From the human T2T-CHM13v2.0 reference genome, Homo sapiens, in assembly GCF_009914755.1 (NCBI RefSeq), contig NC_060934.1: a DNA stretch of 64,000 bases. One strand, given 5' to 3'. Shown here one piece after another: positions 53,501-64,000 of this stretch (position 1 is the first letter of the stretch; each line of letters starts with the position of its first letter). Under the pieces are notes generated by a model. The model worked only from the letters and a program-made list of their open reading frames with translations, was not told the DNA's origin and ran no database searches. The position numbers were made by a program, and so were the translations under genes.

Positions 53501-56500
53501 CTTTCTTTAGAGAGAGCAGAGTTGAAACACTCTGTTTTTGGAATTTGCAAGTGCAGATTTCAAGCGATTCTAGGCCTATGGCAGAAAAGGAAATATCTTC
53601 GTATAAAAACTACACAGAATCATTCTCAACAACTACTTTGTGATGTGTGCGTTCAACTCACAGAGTTTAACCTTTCTTTTCATAGAGCAGTTTGGAAACA
53701 CTCTGTTTGTAAAGCCTGCAAGTGCTTTTTTGGACTTCATTGAGGCCTTCGTTGGAAACGGGATTTCTTCATATAATGCTAGACAGAAGAATTCTCAGTC
53801 ACTTCTTTGTGTTGTGTGTATTCAAGTCACAGAATTGAACCTTCCTTTAGACAGAGCAGTTTTGAAAAATTCTTTCTGTGTAATTTGCAAGTGGAGATTT
53901 CAAGCGATTTGAGGCTAATCTTTGAAATGGAAATATCTTCGTGTAAAAACTACACAGAATCATTCTCAGAAACTGCTTTGTCATCTGTGCGTTCAGTTCA
54001 CAGAGTTTCACCTTTCTCTTCATAGAGCAGTTTGGAAAGACTCTGTCTGTAAAGTCTGCAAGTGATTAGTTAGAACCCTTTGAGGCCTTCGTTGGAAGCG
54101 GGATTTCTCATTTACTGCTAGACAGAAGAATTCTCAGTAAATCCTTTGTGTTGTGTGTATTCAACTCACAGAGTGGAACCTTCCTTTATTCAGAGCAGTT
54201 TTGAAACACTCTTTTTGTGGAATTTGCAAGTGGAGATTTCAAGCGATTTGACGCCAATCTTAGACATGGAAATATCTTCATATTAAAAGTACACAGAGTC
54301 ATTCGTAGAAACTAGTTTGTGATGTGTGCCTTCAACTCACAGAGTTTAACCTTTCTTTTCATAGAGCAGTTGGGAAACACTCTATTTGTAAAGTCTGCAA
54401 GTGGATATTTGGACCTCTTTGAGGCCTTCGTTGGAAACGGGATTTCTTCATATAACGCTAGACAGAAGAATTCTCAGTAACTTCTTTGTGTTGTGTGTAT
54501 TCAACTCACAGAGTTGAACCTTTCTTTAGAGGGAGCAGAGGTGAAACACTCTTTTTGTGGAATTTGCTAGTGTAGATTTCAAACGCTTCGAAGACAGTGA
54601 TAGAAAAGGATATATCTTCGTATTAAAAGTAGACAAAATCATTCTCAGAAAACTCTTTGTGATGTGTGTGTTCAACTCACAGAGTTTAACCTTTCTTTAA
54701 TCGAGCAGTTTGGAAATACACTCTTTGTAAGTCTGCAGGTGGATATTTGGCCCTCTTTGAGCCCTTCGTTGGAAACGGGATTTCCTCATATAATGCTAGA
54801 CAGAAGAATTCTCAGTAACTTCTTTGTGTTGTTTGTATTCAACACACAGATTTGAACCTTCCTTTAGAGAGAGCAGATTTGAAACACTCTGTTTTTGGAA
54901 TTTGCAAGTGCAGATTTCAAGCGATTCTAGGCCGATGGCAGAAAAGGAAATATCTTCGTATAAAAACTACACAGAATCATTCTCAACAACTACTTTGTGA
55001 TGTGTGCGTTCAACTCACAGAGGTTAACCTTTCTTTTCATAGAGCAGTTTGGAAACACTCTGTTTGTAAAGCCTGCAAGTGCTTTTTTGGACTTCATTGA
55101 GGCCTTCGTTGGAAACGGGATTTCTTCATATAATGCTAGACAGAAGAATTCTCAGTCACTTCTTTGTGTTGTGTGTATTCAAGTCACAGAGTTGAACCTT
55201 CCTTTAGACAGAGCAGTTTTGAAAAATTCTTTCTGTGGAATTTGCAAGTGGAGATTTCAAGCGATTTGAGGCTAATCTTTGAAATGGAAATATCTTCGTG
55301 TAAAAACTACACAGAATCATTCTCAGAAACTGCTTTGTCATCTGTGCGTTCAGTTCACAGAGTTTCACCTTTCTCTTCATAGAGCAGTTTGGAAAGACTC
55401 TGTCTGTAAAGTCTGCAAGTGATTAGTTAGACCCCTTTGAGGCCTTCGTTGGAAGTGGGATTTCTCATTTACTGCTAGACAGAAGAATTCTCAGTAAATC
55501 CTTTGTGTTGTGTGTATTCAACTCACAGAGTGGAACCTTCCTTTATTCAGAGCAGTTTTGAAAAACACTTTTTGTGGAATTTGCAAGTGGAGATTTCAAG
55601 CGATTTGACGCCAATCTTAGACATGGAAATATCTTCATATTAAAAGTACACAGAGTCATTCGTAGAAACTAGTTTGTGATGTGTGCCTTCAACTCACAGA
55701 GTTTAACCTTTCTTTTCATAGAGCAGTTTGGAAACACTCTATTTGTAAAGTCTGCAAGTGGATATTTGGACCTCTTTGAGGCCTTCGTTGGAAACGGGAT
55801 TTCTTCATACAACGCTAGACAGAAGAATTCTCAGTAACTTCTTTGTGTTGTGTGTATTCAACTCACAGAGTTGAACCTTTCTTTAGAGGGAGCAGAGGTG
55901 AAACACTCTTTTTGTGGAATTTGCTAGTGTAGATTTCAAACGCTTCGAAGACAGTGATAGAAAAGGATATATCTTCGTATTAAAAGTAGACAAAATCATT
56001 CTCAGAAAACTCTTTGTGATGTGTGTGTTCAACTCACAGAGTTTAACCTTTCTTTAATCGAGCAGTTTGGAAATACACTCTTTGTAAGTCTGCAGGTGGA
56101 TATTTGGCCCTCTTTGAGCCCTTCGTTGGAAACGGGATTTCCTCATATAATGCTAGACAGAAGAATTCTCAGTAACTTCTTTGTGTTGTTTGTATTCAAC
56201 ACACAGATTTGAACCTTCCTTTAGAGAGAGCAGATTTGAAACACTCTGTTTTTGGAATTTGCAAGTGCAGATTTCAAGCGCTTCTAGGCCTATGGCAGAA
56301 AAGGAAATATCTTCGTATAAAAACTACACAGAATCATTCTCAACAACTACTTTGTGATGTGTGCGTTCAACTCACAGAGGTTAACCTTTCTTTTCATAGA
56401 GCAGTTTGGAAACACTCTGTTTGTAAAGCCTGCAAGTGCTTTTTTGGACTTCATTGAGGCCTTCGTTGGAAACGGGATTTCTTCATATAATGCTAGACAG

Positions 56501-58832
56501 AAGAATTCTCAGTCACTTCTTTGTGTTGTGTGTATTCAAGTCACAGAGTTGAACCTTCCTTTAGACAGAGCAGTTTTGAAAAATTCTTTCTGTGGAGTTT
56601 GCAAGTGGAGATTTCAAGCGATTTGAGGCTAATCTTTGAAATGGAAATATCTTCGTGTAAAAACTACACAGAATCATTCTCAGAAACTGCTTTGTCATCT
56701 GTGCGTTCAGTTCACAGAGTTTCACCTTTCTCTTCATAGAGCAGTTTGGAAAGACTCTGTCTGTAAAGTCTGCAAGTGATTAGTTAGACCCCTTTGAGGC
56801 CTTCGTTGGAAGCGGGATTTCTCATTTACTGCTAGACAGAAGAATTCTCAGTAAATCCTTTGTGTTGTGTGTATTCAACTCACAGAGTGGAACCTTCCTT
56901 TATTCAGAGCAGTTTTGAAAAACACTTTTTGTGGAATTTGCAAGTGGAGATTTCAAGCGATTTGACGCCAATCTTAGACATGGAAATATCTTCATATTAA
57001 AAGTACACAGAGTCATTCGTAGAAACTAGTTTGTGATGTGTGCCTTCAACTCACAGAGTTTAACCTTTCTTTTCATAGAGCAGTTTGGAAACACTCTATT
57101 TGTAAAGTCTGCAAGTGGATATTTGGACCTCTTTGAGGCCTTCGTTGGAAACGGGATTTCTTCATACAACGCTAGACAGAAGAATTCTCAGTAACTTCTT
57201 TGTGTTGTGTGTATTCAACTCACAGAGTTGAACCTTTCTTTAGAGAGAGCAGAGTTGAAACACTCTGTTTTTGGAATTTGCAAGTGCAGATTTCAAGCGA
57301 TTCTAGGCCTATGGCAGAAAAGGAAATATCTTCGTATAAAAACTACACAGAATCATTCTCAACAACTACTTTGTGATGTGTGCGTTCAACTCACAGAGTT
57401 TAACCTTTCTTTTCATAGAGCAGGTTGGAAACACTCTGTTTGTAAAGCCTGCAAGTGCTTTTTTGGACTTCATTGAGGCCTTCGTTGGAAACGGGATTTC
57501 TTCATATAATGCTAGACAGAAGAATTCTCAGTCACTTCTTTGTGTTGTGTGTATTCAAGTCACAGAATTGAACCTTCCTTTAGACAGAGCAGTTTTGAAA
57601 AATTCTTTCTGTGGAATTTGCAAGTGGAGATTTCAAGCGATTTGAGGCTAATCTTTGAAATGGAAATATCTTCGTGTAAAAACTACACAGAATCATTCTC
57701 AGAAACTGCTTTGTCATCTGTGCGTTCAGTTCACAGAGTTTCACCTTTCTCTTCATAGAGCAGTTTGGAAAGACTCTGTCTGTAAAGTCTGCAGTGATTA
57801 GTTAGAACCCTTTGAGGCCTTCGTTGGAAGCGGGATTTCTCATTTACTGCTAGACAGAAGAATTCTCAGTAAATCCTTTGTGTTGTGTGTATTCAACTCA
57901 CAGAGTGGAACCTTCCTTTATTCAGAGCAGTTTTGAAACACTCTTTTTGTGGAATTTGCAAGTGGAGATTTCAAGCGATTTGACGCCAATCTTAGACATG
58001 GAAATATCTTCATATTAAAAGTACACAGAGTCATTCGTAGAAACTAGTTTGTGATGTGTGCCTTCAACTCACAGAGTTTAACCTTTCTTTTCATAGAGTA
58101 GTTGGGAAACACTCTATTTGTAAAGTCTGCAAGTGGATATTTGGACCTCTTTGAGGCCTTCGTTGGAAACGGGATTTCTTCATATAACACTAGACAGAAG
58201 AATTCTCAGTAACTTCTTTGTGTTGTGTGTATTCAACTCACAGAGTTGAACCTTTCTTTAGAGGGAGCAGAGGTGAAACACTCTTTTTGTGGAATTTGCT
58301 AGTGTAGATTTCAAACGCTTCGAAGACAGTGATAGAAAAGGATATATCTTCGTATTAAAAGTAGACAAAATCATTCTCAGAAAACTCTTTGTGATGTGTG
58401 TGTTCAACTCACAGAGTTTAACCTTTCTTTAATCGAGCAGTTTGGAAATACACTCTTTGTAAGTCTGCAGGTGGATATTTGGCCCTCTTTGAGCCCTTCG
58501 TTGGAAACGGGATTTCCTCATATAATGCTAGACAGAAGAATTCTCAGTAACTTCTTTGTGTTGTTTGTATTCAACACACAGATTTGAACCTTCCTTTAGA
58601 GAGAGCAGATTTGAAACACTCTGTTTTTGGAATTTGCAAGTGCAGATTTCAAGCGCTTCTAGGCCTATGGCAGAAAAGGAAATATCTTCGTATAAAAACT
58701 ACACAGAATCATTCTCAACAACTACTTTGTGATGTGTGCGTTCAACTCACAGAGGTTAACCTTTCTTTTCATAGAGCAGTTTGGAAACACTCTGTTTGTA
58801 AAGCCTGCAAGTGCTTTTTTGGACTTCATTGA
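45482..58832 (+). repeat. Long-range direct duplicate of ~1-14708, minus one 1357-bp unit
   Basis: Identical HOR-variant order and many private variants at offset 45481 (up to ~3.0 kb) and offset 44124 (from ~4.4 to 14.7 kb). Confidence 0.92.
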
Positions 58833-60414
58833 GGCCTTCGTTGGAAACGGGATTTCTTCATACAACGCTAGACAGAAGAATTCTCAGTAACTTCTTTGTG
58901 TTGTGTGTATTCAACTCACAGAGTTGAACCATTCTTTAGAGAGAACAGAGTTGAAACACTCTGTTTTTGGAATTTGCAAGTGCAGATTTCAAGCGATTCT
59001 AGGCCTATGGCAGAAAAGGAAATATCTTCGTATAAAAACTACACAGAATCATTCTCAACAACTGCTTTGTGATGTGTGCGTTCAACTCACAGAGTTTAAC
59101 CTTTCTTTTCATAGAGCAGTTTGGAAACACTCTGTTTGTAAAGCCTGCAAGTGCTTTTTTGGACTTCATTGAGGCCTTCGTTGGAAACGGGATTTCTTCA
59201 TATAATGCTAGACAAAAGAATTCTCAGTCACTTCTTTGTGTTGTGTGTATTCAAGTCACAGAGTTGAACCTTCCTTTAGACAGAGCAGTTTTGAAAAATT
59301 CTTTCTGTGGAGTTTGCAAGTGGAGATTTCAAGCGATTTGAGGCTAATCTTTGAAATGGAAATATCTTCGTGTAAAAACTACACAGAATCATTCTCAGAA
59401 ACTGGTTTGTCATCTGTGCGTTCAGTTCACAGAGTTTCACCTTTCTCTTCATAGAGCAGTTTGGAAAGACTCTGTCTGTAAAGTCTGCAAGTGATTAGTT
59501 AGACCCCTTTGAGGCCTTCGTTGGAAGCGGGATTTCTCATTTACTGCTAGACAGAAGAATTCTCAGTAAATCCTTTGTGTTGTGTGTATTCAACTCACAG
59601 AGTGGAACCTTCCTTTATTCAGAGCAGTTTTGAAAAACACTTTTTGTGGAATTTGCAAGTGGAGATTTCAAGCGATTTGACGTCAATCTTAGACATGGAA
59701 ATATCTTCATATTAAAAGTACACAGAGTCATTCGTAGAAACTAGTTTGTGATGTGTGCCTTCAACTCACAGAGTTTAACCTTTCTTTTCATAGAGCAGTT
59801 TGGAAACACTCTATTTGTAAAGTCTGCAAGTGGATATTTGGACCTCTTTGAGGCCTTCGTTGGAAACGGGATTTCTTCATACAACGCTAGACAGAAGAAT
59901 TCTCAGTAACTTCTTTGTGTTGTGTGTATTCAACTCACAGAGTTGAACCTTTCTTTAGAGAGAGCAGAGTTGAAACACTCTGTTTTTGGAATTTGCAAGT
60001 GCAGATTTCAAGCGATTCTAGGCCTATGGCAGAAAAGGAAATATCTTCGTATAAAAACTACACAGAATCATTCTCAACAACTACTTTGTGATGTGTGCGT
60101 TCAACTCACAGAGTTTAACCTTTCTTTTCATAGAGCAGTTTGGAAACACTCTGTTTGTAAAGCCTGCAAGTGCTTTTTTGGACTTCATTGAGGCCTTCGT
60201 TGGAAACGGGATTTCTTCATATAATGCTAAACAGAAGAATTCTCAGTCACTTCTTTGTGTTGTGTGTATTCAAGTCACAGAGTTGAACCTTCCTTTAGAC
60301 AGAGCAGTTTTGAAAAATTCTTTCTGTGGAATTTGCAAGTGGAGATTTCAAGCGATTTGAGGCTAATCTTTGAAATGGAAATATCTTCGTGTAAAAACTA
60401 CACAGAATCATTCT

Positions 60415-62449
60415 CAGAAACTGCTTTGTCATCTGTGCGTTCAGTTCACAGAGTTTCACCTTTCTCTTCATAGAGCAGTTTGGAAAGACTCTGTCTGTAA
60501 AGTCTGCAAGTGATTAGTTAGACCTCTTTGAGGCCTTCGTTGGAAGCGGGATTACTCATTTACTGCTAGACAGAAGAATTCTCAGTAAATCCTTTGTGTT
60601 GTGTGTATTCAACTCACAGAGTGGAACCTTCCTTTATTCAGAGCAGTTTTGAAACACTCTTTTTGTGGAATTTGCAAGTGGAGATTTCAAGCGATTTGAC
60701 GCCAATCTTAGACATGGAAATATCTTCATATTAAAAGTACACAGAGTCATTCGTAGAAACTAGTTTGTGATGTGTGCCTTCAACTCACAGAGTTTAACCT
60801 TTCTTTTCATAGAGCAGTTGGGAAACACTCTATTTGTAAAGTCTGCAAGTGGATATTTGGACCTCTTTGAGGCCTTCGTTGGAAACGGGATTTCTTCATA
60901 TAACGCTAGACAGAAGAATTCTCAGTAACTTCTTTGTGTTGTGTGTATTCAACTCACAGAGTTGAACATTTCTTTAGAGGGAGCAGAGGTGAAACAGTCT
61001 TTTTGTGGAATTTGCTAGTGTAGATTTCAAACGCTTCGAAGTCAGTGATAGAAAAGGATATATCTTCGTATTAAAAGTAGACAAAATCATTCTCAGAAAA
61101 CTCTTTGTGATGTGTGTGTTCAACTCACAGAGTTTAACCTTTCTTTAATCGAGCAGTTTGGAAATACACTCTTTGTAAGTCTGCAGGTGGATATTTGGCC
61201 CTCTTTGAGCCCTTCTTTGGAAACGGGATTTCCTCTTATAATGCTAGACAGAAGAATTCTCAGTAACTTCTCTGTGTTGTTTGTATTCAACACACAGATT
61301 TGAACCTTCCTTTAGAGAGAGCAGATTTGAAACACTCTGTTATTGGAATTTGCAAGTGCAGATTTCAAGCACTTCTAGGCCTATGGCAGAAAAGGAAATA
61401 TCTTCGTATAAAAACTACACAGAATCATTCTCAACAACTACTTTGTGATGTGTGCGTTCAACTCACAGAGTTTAACCTTTCTTTTCATAGAGCAGTTTGG
61501 AAACACTCTGTTTGTAAAGCCTGCAAGTGCTTTTTTGGACTTCATTGAGGTCTTCGTTGGAAACGGGATTTCTTCATACAATGCTAGACAGAAGAATTCT
61601 CAGTAACTTCTTTGTGTTGTGTGTATTCAACTCACAGAGTTGAACCTTTCTTTAGAGGGAGCAGAGGTGAAACACTCTTTTTGTGGAATTTGCTAGTGTA
61701 GATTTCAAACGCTTCGAAGACAGTGATAGAAAAGGATATATCTTCGTATTAAAAGTAGACAAAATCATTCTCAGAAAACTCTTTGTGATGTGTGGGTTCA
61801 ACTCACAGAGTTTAACCTTTCTTTAATCGAGCAGTTTGGAAATACACTCTTTGTAAGTCTGCAGGTGGATATTTGGCCCTCTTTGAGCCCTTCGTTGGAA
61901 ACGGGATTTCCTCATATAATGCTAGACAGAAGAATTCTCAGTAACTTCTTTGTGTTGTGTGTATTCAACTCACAGAGTTGAACCTTTCTTTAGAGAGAAC
62001 AGAGTTGAAACACTCTGTTTTTGGAATTTACAAGTGCAGATTTCAAGCGATTCTAGGCCTATGGCAGAAAAGGAAATATCTTCGTATAAAAACTACACAG
62101 AATCATTCTCAACAACTACTTTGTGATGTGTGCGTTCAACTCACAGAGTTTAACCTTTCTTTTCATAGAGCAGTTTGGAAACACTCTGTTTGTAAAGCCT
62201 GCAAGTGCTTTTTTGGACTTCATTGAGGCCTTCATTGGAAACGGGATTTCTTCATATAATGCTAGACAGAAGAATTCTCAGTCACTTCTTTGTGTTGTGT
62301 GTATTCAAGTCACAGAGTTGAACCTTCCTTTAGACAGAGCAGTTTTGAAAAATTCTTTCTGTGGAGTTTGCAAGTGGAGATTTCAAGCGATTTGAGGCTA
62401 ATCTTTGAAATGGAAATATCTTCGTGTAAAAACTACACAGAATCATTCT
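60415..62449 (+). repeat. Non-canonical 12-mer (2035 bp; M1-M7, M4, M5, X, M7, M8)
   Basis: After M7 (~61432-61600) the sequence re-enters M4 (gagggagcagaggtg ~61655) and M5 (ttaatcgagc ~61823), then X (gagagaacag, gcgattctagg). Confidence 0.88.
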
Positions 62450-64000
62450 CAGAAACTGCTTTGTCATCTGTGCGTTCAGTTCACAGAGTTTCACCTTTCT
62501 CTTCATAGAGCAGTTTGGAAAGACTCTGTCTGTAAAGTCTGCAAGTGATTAGTTAGACCCCTTTGAGGCCTTCGTTGGAAGCGGGATTTCTCATTTACTG
62601 CTAGACAGAAGAATTCTCAGTAAATCCTTTGTGTTGTGTGTATTCAACTCACAGAGTGGAACCTTCCTTTATTCAGAGCAGTTTTGAAAAACACTTTTTG
62701 TGGAATTTGCAAGTGGAGATTTCAAGCGATTTGACGCCAATCTTAGACATGGAAATATCTTCATATTAAAAGTACACAGAGTCATTCGTAGAAACTAGTT
62801 TGTGATGTGTGCCTTCAACTCACAGAGTTTAACCTTTCTTTTCATAGAGCAGTTTGGAAACACTCTATTTGTAAAGTCTGCAAGTGGATATTTGGACCTC
62901 TTTGAGGCCTTCGTTGGAAACGGGATTTCTTCATACAACGCTAGACAGAAGAATTCTCAGTAACTTCTTTGTGTTGTGTGTATTCAACTCACAGAGTTGA
63001 ACCTTTCTTTAGAGAGAGCAGAGTTGAAACACTCTGTTTTTGGAATTTGCAAGTGCAGATTTCAAGCGATTCTAGGCCTATGGCAGAAAAGGAAATATCT
63101 TCGTATAAAAACTACACAGAATCATTCTCAACAACTACTTTGTGATGTGTGCGTTCAACTCACAGAGTTTAAACTTTCTTTTCATAGAGCAGTTTGGAAA
63201 CACTCTGTTTGTAAAGCCTGCAAGTGCTTTTTTGGACTTCATTGAGGCCTTCTTTGGAAACGGGATTTCTTCATATAATGCTAGACAGAAGAATTCTCAG
63301 TCACTTCTTTGTGTTGTGTGTATTCAAGTCACAGAGTTGAACCTTCCTTTAGACAGAGCAGTTTTGAAAAATTCTTTCTGTGGAATTTGCAAGTGGAGAT
63401 TTCAAGCGATTTGAGGCTAATCTTTGAAATGGAAATATCTTCGTGTAAAAACTACACAGAATCATTCTCAGAAACTGCTTTGTCATCTGTGCGTTCAGTT
63501 CACAGAGTTTCACCTTTCTCTTCATAGAGCAGTTTGGAAAGACTCTGTCTGTAAAGTCTGCAAGTGATTAGTTAGACCTTTTTGAGGCCTTCGTTGGAAG
63601 CGGGATTTCTCATTTACTGCTAGACAGAAGAATTCTCAGTAAATCCTTTGTGTTGTGTGTATTCAACTCACAGAGTGGAACCTTCCTTTATTCAGAGCAG
63701 TTTTGAAACACTCTTTTTGTGGAATTTGCAAGTGGAGATTTCAAGCGATTTGACGCCAATCTTAGACATGGAAATATCTTCATATTAAAAGTACACAGAG
63801 TCATTCGTAGAAACTAGTTTGTGATGTGTGCCTTCAACTCACAGAGTTTAACCTTTCTTTTCATAGAGCAGTTGGGAAACACTCTATTTGTAAAGTCTGC
63901 AAGTGGATATTTGGACCTCTTTGAGGCCTTCGTTGGAAACGGGATTTCTTCATATAACGCTAGACAGAAGAATTCTCAGTAACTTCTTTGTGTTGTGTGT

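Larger units (their letters stand above)
1..64000 (+). repeat. Centromeric alpha-satellite HOR array (SF1-type dimeric organisation), probably human D10Z1 active array
   Basis: Tandem ~171-bp monomers with alphoid hallmarks (CATTCTCAGAAACT, TTCAACTCACAGAGTT, TTTGGAAACACTCT); EcoRI site AGAAGAATTCTCAG every ~340 bp; CENP-B box in alternate monomers; near-identical HOR copies at 1019/1357/1697/2037-bp spacing (ORF track spacing agrees). The alpha-satellite call is essentially certain. The chromosome 10 assignment is recall-based (about 0.65); D12Z3, also an SF1 8-mer, is the main alternative. Confidence 0.99.

Noticed and set aside
886-63527. About 170 short ORFs (63-147 aa), Cys-rich with CKACKC or zinc-finger-like looks
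   Set aside because: They are translations of satellite monomers recurring with HOR period, mostly from non-ATG starts, overlapping in several frames and opened or closed by random SNPs. They are not genes.
1-64000. CRISPR-like regularly spaced repeats
   Set aside because: The intervening sequences are themselves repeated monomers; there are no unique spacers or cas genes.
1-64000. Transposon insertion, inversion or unique island
   Set aside because: All anchor spacings are accounted for by whole monomers in one orientation; no poly-A, Alu/L1 or reverse-strand monomers were seen.

Overview
The whole 64 kb window is an uninterrupted, single-orientation primate (human-type) centromeric alpha-satellite higher-order repeat (HOR) array. 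It consists of ~171-bp monomers in alternating A/B dimers (~340 bp, one EcoRI GAATTC per dimer) with a CENP-B box in every second monomer, the suprachromosomal family 1 pattern. I see no genes, transposons, inversions or unique DNA; all listed ORFs are repeat artefacts. Anchoring on the motif CAGAAACTGCTTT(G/A)TCATC gives 45 complete HOR units plus a final partial one: 15 8-mers (~1357 bp), 14 10-mers (~1697 bp), 13 6-mers (~1019 bp) and 3 12-mers (~2036 bp). Their order is 12-8-10-8-10-10-8-8-6-8-6-6-10-6-10-10-10-8-8-10-8-10-8-6-6-6-8-6-6-8*-6-10-8-12-10-8-10-10-8-8-6-10-6-12*-6. The 8-mer/6-mer mix with one RsaI site per unit and a PstI site absent from 6-mers best fits chromosome 10 D10Z1; this is from recall and was not searched. 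The interest lies in the array architecture: a >=14 kb near-identical block repeated 44-45 kb away, several multi-HOR local duplications, HOR-variant junctions mapping to the CENP-B box, position-specific decay of one CENP-B box, and a mutation cluster beside a unique rearrangement junction. I found no new gene-based system. Monomer labels M1-M8 and X are my own, and all variant counts are by eye.
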